A stretch of 19,059 nucleotides of DNA, taken from Myxococcales bacterium. Its GTDB lineage: Bacteria; Myxococcota_A; UBA9042; JABWCM01; BTVJ01. The stretch lies in the NCBI GenBank assembly GCA_045863395.1, contig BTVJ01000123.1, positions 1 to 19,059 of the forward strand, given 5' to 3'. The translations under genes and the position numbers were made by a program. Below are positions 1 to 6,946 of the stretch, piece by piece; within the stretch, counting starts at the first letter, position 1; every line of letters begins with the position of its first letter. The notes under the pieces were generated by a model. That model had not been told where the DNA came from. It was given only the letters and a program-made list of their open reading frames with translations, and searched no databases.

Positions 1-110
1 CGCCTGAGTCTCCTGTTCCTCCGCCTGAGTCTCCGGCGCCTCCGCCTGAGTCTCCGGCGCCTCCGCCTGAGTCTCCGGCGCCTCCGCCTGAGTCTCCCCC
101 GCCAGAGTCT
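1..110. repeat. 21-bp coding tandem repeat CCTCCGCCTGAGTCTCCGGCG (GDSGGGA on the minus strand)
   Basis: Three perfect copies at 18-80 with partial or degenerate copies on both sides. Unit length is a multiple of 3 and in frame with the CDS starting at 271. Confidence 0.9.
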
Positions 111-271
111 CCCCCGCCCCCCTTTGAGTCTCGCGGACCGAGCGCAGAGTCGCCGCCCCCTCCCGACTGGGCGTCGTGCGCCGCGGCTCCTTCCTCCGTC
201 GCTGCGTCGCAGGCGCAGACTGCGAGGGCGCCCGCCACGGTCACCGACCACATGAACCGACTTATCCGCAT
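2..271 (-). CDS. Partial putative lipoprotein (3' end runs off the window) with a Gly/Ser/Asp-rich repeat linker
   Basis: Not in ORF track; translated by hand. GGAGG RBS precedes ATG at 271. Reads MRISRFMWSVTVAGALAVCACDAATEEG...GDSGGGAGDSGGGA... with no stop to the window edge. Hydrophobic signal ends in a lipobox-like LAVCAC. Confidence 0.75.
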   Translation of the reverse strand, partial: MRISRFMWSVTVAGALAVCACDAATEEGAAAHDAQSGGGGDSALGPRDSKGGGGDSGGGDSGGGAGDSGGGAGDSGGGAGDSGGGTGDSG

Positions 272-406
272 CGAGGCCTCCCGTCGTATCCTGGTGTTGA
301 ATGGCACACACAGGCCATAGCAGGCACCACGGGAGCAGTCCAGGAGGGGAGCGTCGAAGTGAGAAGCGGGTGAGACGGGGCTGCCGGGGTCGCGGGCGCC
401 GCCCGG

Positions 407-781
407 TCAGTGTGCGTGTGTCGCGCGCTGCGAGGCGATCTGCGCCCGCACTTCGTCCATGTCGAGCTTGCGGGCCTGCTCCACGAGGCTGTCGAGGCCC
501 TGCTCGGGGACCACTCCAGGCTGAGAGTAGAGCAGCACGCCCTCGCGGAAGATCATCAGGGTCGGGATGGAGCTGATCCTCAGCGCCCCGGCCAGCTCCG
601 GCTGAGCCTCCGTGTCCACCTTGGCGAACACCGCGTCGGGGTGCTTTGCGGCGACGCGCTCGAAGATCGGCCCGAACGTGCGGCACGGCCCGCACCAGGC
701 CGCCCAGAAGTCGATGAGCACGAGGTCGTTGGTCTCGATGGTCTGCTGGAAGGTCTCCGCCGTGAGCGCGGTCGTGGCCAT
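407..781 (-). CDS. trxA: Thioredoxin (124 aa)
   Basis: IDFWAAWCGPC active site, FAKVDTE and cis-Pro loop SSIPTLMIF. GAGAGGAG RBS before ATG at 781; this is the true start inside track ORF 407..1426. Confidence 0.95.
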   Translation of the reverse strand: MATTALTAETFQQTIETNDLVLIDFWAAWCGPCRTFGPIFERVAAKHPDAVFAKVDTEAQPELAGALRISSIPTLMIFREGVLLYSQPGVVPEQGLDSLVEQARKLDMDEVRAQIASQRATHAH

Positions 782-876
782 GTCGTGTCTCCTCTCGATG
801 TGCCGGCGCGGCCGGCGTTGTGTGACGCGTCGTTGGAGCCAGAGACCCGCAGAGAGGGTGCACGGGCCCCGGGTGG

Positions 877-1545
877 TCAGCGCCCCTCGAAGTGCGCGAT
901 CACCCGGCGCCCCACCACGTGCAGCTCGGTGAAGTTCCACGCGGCCCCGATCACGCCCCCCACCACGGGGACGGACCGGGTCGCCACGGCGCGCCCCGAG
1001 ACCCGCTTGCCGAACACCTTGAAGATCGCGCGGCGCGCGACCCGCATGGACCGCTGCTGGAGCACGCGCTGCGCCGCGTGCCGCGTGACCTCCCGGGCGC
1101 CCTGCAGCCCCACCTCGCGCAGGAGCTGCGAGGCCAGGGACGCCCCGATCACGGGCGCCAGCAGGCGCCACTTCGCCCCCGGGTCGTCGAAGAAGCGGGG
1201 GTTGAAGATCAGCGCGACCTTGGCCGCCGCGACGAGCTCCATGTGCAGCACGGCGGCCACGTCGACGGCCGCCGCGGGCACCGCCACGGGGAGGCTCCCG
1301 GGGAACCCGGTCGCCGCCCCGACGACGGCGGCGCGCCACGCCTGGCGGGAGAACACGCGCTCCGCCAGCTCCCGCGGGGAGTCGCCCGCGTGGTGGCGCC
1401 GCAGGGCCTCCACGGCGGCCCCGCACCCGGGGACGTCCACGTCGAGGGCCGCCAGGATGGCGTCCTCCAGGGCGTCGATCACCGCGGTCCCCGCCTGGTT
1501 GGCTCTCTCGATGGCTTGCATGGGGTCACCTGCCTCGCCCTGCAT
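877..1545 (-). CDS. EcsC-family / DUF697-like protein
   Basis: Gly/Ala-rich hydrophobic motifs AAVVGAATGFPG..VPAAAVDVAAV and C-terminal RSVPVVGGVIGAAWN resemble EcsC-family proteins. Start could be 1545 or 1521. Confidence 0.6.
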   Translation of the reverse strand: MQGEAGDPMQAIERANQAGTAVIDALEDAILAALDVDVPGCGAAVEALRRHHAGDSPRELAERVFSRQAWRAAVVGAATGFPGSLPVAVPAAAVDVAAVLHMELVAAAKVALIFNPRFFDDPGAKWRLLAPVIGASLASQLLREVGLQGAREVTRHAAQRVLQQRSMRVARRAIFKVFGKRVSGRAVATRSVPVVGGVIGAAWNFTELHVVGRRVIAHFEGR

Positions 1546-1593
1546 CGTGCGCCCCTCGGCGCTCGACCGCAAGTCGATGCGCGCCCGCGGGGG

Positions 1594-3048
1594 TCACGCC
1601 CTGCGGCGCTGGAGCCACGCGCCGAGGGCCACCAGGGCGAGCACGAGCGGAGACCCAGACGGGAGGGCTGCCGAACAGCCTCCGCCCTCGCCCCCCGACG
1701 CCCCCACCTCCTTGCCAGGGCCCCCGCTGTCTCCGCCGGCACCTCCGCCCCCCGCGGTGCCGTCTCCGCCCCCAGCCCCCACGGCCTCGTTGCACACGCT
1801 GCCCTCGCACGGGGCCGCGGCGGGCACCGTCACGCACTCCCCGTCGCACCGGGCCCCCGCGCCGCAGTCCGCGTCCGTCGCGCACGCCCCCTCGAAGCGC
1901 CACACGGTCCCGCCGTCGCCCACCATCACGCCATCCAGCAGGGAGCGCATGGCGCCATCCACCGTCGTGCCGTCGCCGCTCGGCATCTGGCCCCCCATCA
2001 GGTTCACGGTGATCTTCCCGAGGTCGGTCTTCTCCCAGGTCGCGCCCCCGTCCCGGGTCAGGAAGTCGACCGTCTTGTAGATGGGCTGCGGCCCTCCTTG
2101 CCCAGAGGACGCATCCGTCAGGTAGGCGGACCCAGCGAGGTGCCCCGTCTTCGCGTCGCTCCAGTACATGGCGGTCACGAACGAGGCCTTGATCGGCACC
2201 TGGATGAACATGTCCAGCGTGCCCACCTCGGCGGGCAGGGCCGCGTCCACGAAGGTCGCGCCGCCGTCGGTGGTGCGCAGGAGCCGCGCCGTGCCGTGGT
2301 CGCCCGAGGGCTTCTCCGACGCCGCCAGGAAGCCCGTTCGGCCATCGGCCAGGAAGAACAGCGGGCACAGCACGTGGCCCGTGGTCGTCGCGCCAGCCGT
2401 CCAGGTCTGCCCGCCATCCGCGGTGTACAGCACGACGCCGCCCGTGACGGTGGTCGTCTCCTTGCCGTCCCAGTCCGTCTCGCTGGTCTGGCCCTGGCCC
2501 GCGGCCCAGCCACGCAGCCCGTCCAGCCAGAACATGCACCCGAGGTCCGCCTCGGTCCCCGTCGCGACGGGCTCCCAGGAGCCGCCGCCGTCCATGCTCA
2601 TCGCCGCGAAGCCTCCCTTGCCCACGGCGTAGCCTCGCTTGGCGTCGAAGAAGTGGAGCCGCCGGGCCGCGCCCCCGAGCTCGGCGGCGGTCCAGGTCTT
2701 GCCCCGGTCGCCGGTCCGGTGGGCCTTGCCGTCCAGGACCGCAAACCCCGTGCTGGCATCGAGGAACGCGACCGCGTCGACCGCCCCGATGCTGCCGAGC
2801 CCCGCCGGGGCGCCCCCGAGAGATCCGGTGATGACGTCGAGGGTCTTGCCCCCGTCGGCGCTCGCGAACACCGCCGCCTTGGGGAGAGGCAGCGGCGACG
2901 CCGGGTCCACCGTGAAACCCCCGGCGAAGAGATCTCCGCCCGCCAGGCTCACCGAGAGCAGCGTGTCGCCGCTCGACGTGTGGATCTTCTTCCAGGAGGC
3001 GTCCGCCTGGCTCGCGACCAACAACCCTGCCACCACCAACGCTCGCAT
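1594..3048 (-). CDS. Secreted BNR/Asp-box (YCF48-like) beta-propeller protein with a Cys-rich module and a MYXO-CTERM-type C-terminal anchor (484 aa)
   Basis: GGAGG RBS and signal peptide MRALVVAGLLVASQADA. Six Asp-boxes (SADGGKT, TGDRGKTW, SMDGGGSW, TADGGQTW, TTDGGATF, TRDGGATW). CATDADCGAGARCDGEC module, Gly linker, then GGGCSAA-hydrophobic helix-RRRA terminus. Confidence 0.85.
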   Translation of the reverse strand: MRALVVAGLLVASQADASWKKIHTSSGDTLLSVSLAGGDLFAGGFTVDPASPLPLPKAAVFASADGGKTLDVITGSLGGAPAGLGSIGAVDAVAFLDASTGFAVLDGKAHRTGDRGKTWTAAELGGAARRLHFFDAKRGYAVGKGGFAAMSMDGGGSWEPVATGTEADLGCMFWLDGLRGWAAGQGQTSETDWDGKETTTVTGGVVLYTADGGQTWTAGATTTGHVLCPLFFLADGRTGFLAASEKPSGDHGTARLLRTTDGGATFVDAALPAEVGTLDMFIQVPIKASFVTAMYWSDAKTGHLAGSAYLTDASSGQGGPQPIYKTVDFLTRDGGATWEKTDLGKITVNLMGGQMPSGDGTTVDGAMRSLLDGVMVGDGGTVWRFEGACATDADCGAGARCDGECVTVPAAAPCEGSVCNEAVGAGGGDGTAGGGGAGGDSGGPGKEVGASGGEGGGCSAALPSGSPLVLALVALGAWLQRRRA

Positions 3049-3154
3049 GTGTCCTCCGCTCATCCGCCGATGGTATCTCGCCGCTCTCCACGGGCGCCAG
3101 ATCCTTTCCGTGGCCCGCGCGTCCAGAGCCGGGCACACGCACGGAGGTGAGGTC

Positions 3155-4771
3155 ATGAAGCTGTTTGCGTTCCTTGGGGCCATCGTGATGGGCGCGGCCC
3201 TCGGCTGCCTGAGCCCCGATCCGGCGACCGGGGAGACCCCCAACCCGGCGACCGGGGAGACCCCAAACCCGACGAGCGGGGAGACCGCCAACCCGACGAG
3301 CGGGGAGTCCCCAAGCACGGCGATCGGGGAGACCTCGGCGGCGCCCCAGGTCACCACGCCCCCCGCCGCTGCGCCCGCCGCGCCCGGCGACCCCCTCGCG
3401 GACATCTTCGGTATGGCGCCGGTACCCGCCGCACCCACGCTCCTCGTGGCCGCTGGCGATCCCCTCCCTCCCGCCGGCGGCTCCGAGGTCGGGCCGCCGC
3501 AGCCCGACGGCGGCGCCGTGGAGCTGAACGTGGGGCTCTCCCACCCGAAGGTCCTCGCCGGCGGCCACCGCACGGTGTGGCTGGCGGTCGGCATCCAGGC
3601 CGCCGAGGCCCGCCCCGCAAACCGCCTCCCCTTGAACCTGGCGCTGGTCATCGACCGGTCGGGCTCCATGGAGGGTCGCAAGCTCAAGGACGCCAAGGCA
3701 GCCGCGCACGGCCTCGTCGCGCTCCTGTCCAGCGACGACCGGGCCGCGCTCGTGACCTACTCAAGCTCCACCCGCGCCGATGTGCCCTCGACCCTGATGG
3801 GCGACGGCGCTCGGGCCGCGTTCACCCGCGCCATCGACCGCATGAGGGCATCCGGCAGCACCTTCTTGACCGGCGGCCTCTTCGAGGGGCGCGCTCAGGT
3901 GCAGCAGCACGCGCGGCGCAGCCAGGTCAACCGGGTCCTGCTGCTCTCCGACGGCATCGCCAACGTCGGAATCACGGACCCGACCTGGCTCGCCGGCCAG
4001 GCCCGCCAGATGTCCCAGCAGGGCGTGCTGATCAGCACCATCGGGGTGGGCAACGACTACAACGAGGACCTGATGACCGCCGTCGCCGACTACGGCGGCG
4101 GGGCCTACTACTACGTGCGAGACTCCCGCGACCTGGCCTCCGTGGTGGAGCGCGAGGCGCAGCTCATGGCCTCGACGGTCGCACAGCGCATGACCCTCGA
4201 GCTGGAGCTGCCGACCGGCGTCGTGCTGGAGAACCTGTTCGGCTACACCTACACCCGCGAGGGGAACACGGTCGCCGTCCCCCTGGCCGAGGCCTTCGCG
4301 GGTCAGGGCCGCAACGTGCTCGTGCAGCTCCGCGTCCCTGCCGTGGAGCAGGGGCCGCTGCCCGTGGCGCGGGTGCGCCTGAGCTACGAGGACGTGACCG
4401 GCCAGGAGCCGCTGCGCTTCGACCGCACCGTGACGCTCGACGCGGAGGCCACCCGGGACGCGTGGGCCGTCGAGGACGCCGTCGACCGCGACGTGCTCGC
4501 GCGGCTCCAGCAGATCCGCATCGCCCAAGCGCTCAACGAGGCGGCCACCGCCGTGAGCCGCGGCGACCGCGCCGGGGCGCGCCGCGTCTTGTCGACGGCC
4601 AGGGAGGAGGCGGTGAAGGCGAACCAGGCCTACGGCAGCTCCAAGCTGGACAACTCCATCGGCGTGCTGGGAGGGGTGATGGACGAGATGGAGCGGGCGG
4701 GCGGCGCCCCCGCAGCCGCACCGGCGCTCATGAAACGCGCCAAGGCCTCCAGCTACGAGATGACGAAGTAG
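3155..4771 (+). CDS. von Willebrand factor A (vWA, YfbK/Ca-activated chloride channel homolog-like) lipoprotein (538 aa)
   Basis: GGAGGTGAGG RBS, lipobox MKLFAFLGAIVMGAALGC, PLNLALVIDRSGSM MIDAS motif, RVLLLSDGIANVG, STIGVGNDYNEDLM and GGAYYY. Confidence 0.9.
   Translation: MKLFAFLGAIVMGAALGCLSPDPATGETPNPATGETPNPTSGETANPTSGESPSTAIGETSAAPQVTTPPAAAPAAPGDPLADIFGMAPVPAAPTLLVAAGDPLPPAGGSEVGPPQPDGGAVELNVGLSHPKVLAGGHRTVWLAVGIQAAEARPANRLPLNLALVIDRSGSMEGRKLKDAKAAAHGLVALLSSDDRAALVTYSSSTRADVPSTLMGDGARAAFTRAIDRMRASGSTFLTGGLFEGRAQVQQHARRSQVNRVLLLSDGIANVGITDPTWLAGQARQMSQQGVLISTIGVGNDYNEDLMTAVADYGGGAYYYVRDSRDLASVVEREAQLMASTVAQRMTLELELPTGVVLENLFGYTYTREGNTVAVPLAEAFAGQGRNVLVQLRVPAVEQGPLPVARVRLSYEDVTGQEPLRFDRTVTLDAEATRDAWAVEDAVDRDVLARLQQIRIAQALNEAATAVSRGDRAGARRVLSTAREEAVKANQAYGSSKLDNSIGVLGGVMDEMERAGGAPAAAPALMKRAKASSYEMTK
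3215..3334 (+). repeat. 24-bp coding tandem repeat, five degenerate copies (PDPATGET/PNPATGET/PNPTSGET/ANPTSGES/PSTAIGET)
   Basis: Directly visible right after the lipobox of the vWA protein; forms a Pro/Thr-rich tether. Confidence 0.85.
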
Positions 4772-4783
4772 ACGTACCAACGG

Positions 4784-5185
4784 TCAGGGGCAGTAGCTCT
4801 TGTCCTTCTTGGCGATGGCCTTGCAGGCGTTGTCCGACCCGCAGTAGCTCGCGTCCCCGCTCGCGACCCCCTTGCAGAAGTCCGTGCGGCAGTAGCTCTT
4901 GTCCTTCTTCACGATGCCCTTGCAATCGTCGGTGCTGCAGTAGCTGGCGTCCCCCTTCGCCCACGCCTTGCAGTCGTCGGTGCGGCAGTAGCTCGAGTCC
5001 TTCTTGACGACGCCCTTGCAGTCGTCGGTGCTGCAGTAGCTGGCGTCGCCGCTGGCGATGGCCTTGCAGTCGCTGCTGCCCCACGACGTGATGTCCGCGA
5101 GACCCGCGGCGGGGAGGAGGGCGACCAGCGCCAGGCCGAGCAGGGCCACGGCGGCCGGTCCGAGTGCACGCTTCGTGTTCTTCAT
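4784..5185 (-). CDS. Small secreted cysteine-rich repeat protein (133 aa; six 16-aa C-x10-C repeats)
   Basis: GAGGA RBS before ATG at 5185. Signal peptide ends in AGLA. Mature part is DCKAIASGDASYCSTD-like repeats with 12 Cys. Codon third positions are strongly GC. Confidence 0.85.
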   Translation of the reverse strand: MKNTKRALGPAAVALLGLALVALLPAAGLADITSWGSSDCKAIASGDASYCSTDDCKGVVKKDSSYCRTDDCKAWAKGDASYCSTDDCKGIVKKDKSYCRTDFCKGVASGDASYCGSDNACKAIAKKDKSYCP

Positions 5186-5370
5186 GGGTTCCTCGTGTGT
5201 TGGCGCCCGGTTGATGTCGCTGCCCGGCGCCGGGGGCGGCGAGCGATGGTAGCACGGGACGCCGGCCCTCCGCACCGATTCACGGAGAGCGGTAGCACCC
5301 AAACCGGGGGCTGTGGGCTCATGCAGCTCACGGCGGGCGCCTCGCCCCCGAAATCACCCCAGGAGGACCC

Positions 5371-5682
5371 ATGCCATCCATCCCCGACAGCCCCACGCTG
5401 TCAGTCTCTGCGGCCGCCCTCGGGGCGCTGCGGTCCCACGTGAGCGCGCCCGGGAGCGCCGTCCGCGTCACCCTCGACGGCTATGGGTGAGGCGGGCCCC
5501 GCATGGGGCTGGCTCTGGATGAGCCACGAGACGGAGACGAGTCCACCGTTCACGATGGCATCACCTTCGTGGTCGGCCGCGACCTGACGCGAGCGCTCCC
5601 GCGGGGCGTCGTGCTCAACGTCGTGTACTACGAGCGCTGGCGGGAGTTCAGCGTGCGGGTCGCCGGGTATGCCTCCTGCTGA
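5371..5682 (+). CDS. HesB/IscA-like selenoprotein (103 aa, Sec at codon 40, TGA 5488-5490)
   Basis: Not in ORF track. AGGAGG RBS then ATG at 5371. Hand translation: MPSIPDSPTLSVSAAALGALRSHVSAPGSAVRVTLDGYG-U-GGPRMGLALDEPRDGDESTVHDGITFVVGRDLTRALPRGVVLNVVYYERWREFSVRVAGYASC. The motif RV..G.GUGGP..GLALDEP...D......GITFVV is the hallmark of HesB-like selenoproteins. Confidence 0.88.
5491..5526 (+). promoter_or_regulatory. Putative bacterial SECIS element
   Basis: Hairpin TGGCTC-TGGAT-GAGCCA (5510-5526) whose loop starts 25 nt after the TGA and has G at loop position 2, fitting the general bacterial SECIS model. A second small hairpin GCCCC-GCAT-GGGGC lies just upstream. Confidence 0.65.
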
Positions 5683-5695
5683 CGATTGACGGGCA

Positions 5696-5728
5696 CGCCT
5701 CCGGGAGGGACAGTGGGGCCCGGAGGTG
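5696..5728 (+). promoter_or_regulatory. GC-rich hairpin sequestering the GGAGG RBS of the nucleotidyltransferase gene
   Basis: CGCCTCCGGG (5696-5705) pairs with CCCGGAGGTG (5719-5728): 10 bp with one G-U pair and a 13-nt loop. GGAGG at 5722-5726 is 7 nt before ATG 5734. Confidence 0.5.
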
Positions 5729-5733
5729 CGGCG

Positions 5734-6330
5734 ATGGGCGCGGTCGGGATCGTGCTGGCGGCGGGGGCGGGGCGGCGCATGGGAGAGCCCAAGGCGCTGC
5801 TCGTCACCGCCGGCGAGAGCTGGCTCGCCCGCGCCATCCGCGTGTGCTTCGAGGGCGGGTGCTCGGCGGTCCACGTCGTCGCCCGCGCCGACGTCCCTGC
5901 AATCGGCGCCATCGTCGCCGGCGCCGGCGCGCGCCTGGTGCTCAACCCCGACCCCGAGCGGGGCATGTTCTCCAGCGTCCAGGAGGGAATCCGCGCCGCA
6001 CTGGGCGCGGCCCCCCACAGCCACGCCGTCATCTTCCCTGTGGACCACCCGAGCGTCCAGCCGCTGACCGTCGCGGCGCTGATCGCCGCATCCAGCCAGA
6101 GCGCCGTCGCTCTCCCCACCTGCAGGGGCGCAGACGGCCACCCGATCGCCCTGGATCCGCGCACCGCCCGAACGCTGCTGCTGCTCCCCACGTCCATGAC
6201 GCTCCGCGAGGCCCTGGCCGTCACCGGCGCCGCCTTCGTGCGGGTGCCCGTGGACGACCCGGGGGTCCTCCACAACGTCAACCTGCCCGCCCCGGGCTTC
6301 GGGGCACCGGTGACCGAGGAGTCCACATGA
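5734..6330 (+). CDS. Nucleotidyltransferase family protein (NTP_transf_3; MocA/YgfJ-like molybdenum cofactor cytidylyltransferase homolog)
   Basis: IVLAAGAGRRMGEPKALL, NPDPERGMFSSV, FPVDHP, GHPI and DDPGVLHNVN motifs. GGAGG RBS. Confidence 0.85.
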   Translation: MGAVGIVLAAGAGRRMGEPKALLVTAGESWLARAIRVCFEGGCSAVHVVARADVPAIGAIVAGAGARLVLNPDPERGMFSSVQEGIRAALGAAPHSHAVIFPVDHPSVQPLTVAALIAASSQSAVALPTCRGADGHPIALDPRTARTLLLLPTSMTLREALAVTGAAFVRVPVDDPGVLHNVNLPAPGFGAPVTEEST

Positions 6331-6929
6331 AGACCCTGCTCCTTCCGCTGTGTGTCGTCGCGCTCATCGGGTGCAAGCGGAGCGATCCCGCGCAGGCGCC
6401 CCCGGCTGCGCCCCCCGCTGCGCCGCCGGAGGCACGCGCCGTCGGCGACGCTCAGCCGCAGGTGGCCAAGGCCCGCGAGGTGTTCGCCAAGGTGGGTGCG
6501 GCCCTGTCGGAGCGCCTGGGCGCGGCTGTTCAAGAGGGAGGCGCGCCCAAGGCCATCGAGGTGTGCAAGGCGGAGGCGGCGACGTTGACGGCTCGCGCCA
6601 TCGAGGGGACGGGAATCCGAGCGGGTAGGACCAGCCACAAGCTGCGCAGCCAGGCCAACGCGCCCGCCGAGTGGATGAGGCCCATCGTGGCCGAGGGCGC
6701 CGGCAGGAAGGCCGGCGACGTCGGTGTGCGCACCGTGGACCTGGGTGACCGGGTCGGGGTGATGGCGCCCATCCCCACGGGCGGGCTGTGCGTCGCCTGC
6801 CACGGCGACGACCAGGCGGTGAGCGTCGAGACGCGCGCGGCCCTGGCCGCGGCCTACCCGGCGGACGAGGCGCGGGGCTTCGGTGAGGGCGATCTGCGCG
6901 GCTGGTTCTGGGCGGAGGTGCCCAAGTAG
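6327..6929 (+). CDS. DUF3365 (Tll0287-like) c-type heme lipoprotein (200 aa)
   Basis: ATGA overlap with the upstream stop. Lipobox VALIGC, AIEVC, RTSHKLRSQANAP, heme motif CVACH and YPADEARGFGEGDLRGWF. Confidence 0.88.
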   Translation: MKTLLLPLCVVALIGCKRSDPAQAPPAAPPAAPPEARAVGDAQPQVAKAREVFAKVGAALSERLGAAVQEGGAPKAIEVCKAEAATLTARAIEGTGIRAGRTSHKLRSQANAPAEWMRPIVAEGAGRKAGDVGVRTVDLGDRVGVMAPIPTGGLCVACHGDDQAVSVETRAALAAAYPADEARGFGEGDLRGWFWAEVPK

Positions 6930-6946
6930 CGCCTCCGCCCCCGGTG

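Noticed and set aside
1..110. Possible CRISPR array
   Set aside because: Repeats are directly adjacent with no unique spacers, the unit is 21 bp and in frame in a CDS, and no cas genes are present.
826..841. Sigma-54 promoter upstream of trxA (TGGCTCC-AACG-ACGCG)
   Set aside because: Only the GG-N10-GC core matches and no paired upstream sites were found, so it is too weak to list as a feature.
410..3709. Long alternative ORFs (410..2080, 892..3150, 1526..3709) and similar Arg/Pro/Gly-rich ORFs throughout the window
   Set aside because: They are antisense or off-frame shadows of well-supported genes, expected in high-GC DNA, and carry no recognisable motifs.
4787..5071. Regularly spaced GCAGTAGCT / CCTTGCA repeats resembling a CRISPR or other non-coding array
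   Set aside because: The 48-bp period is fully explained by the 16-aa protein repeat on the minus strand, with synonymous variation.
5371..5682. Pseudogene, or a 39-aa peptide ending at TGA 5488
   Set aside because: The TGA falls exactly at the Cys/Sec position of the HesB-like motif, the downstream frame is intact and a SECIS-like hairpin follows, so recoding is the better explanation.
5734..6330. Assigning the symbol mocA or mobA
   Set aside because: Family motifs are clear, but nucleotide specificity cannot be determined by eye and no molybdoenzyme genes are in the window.
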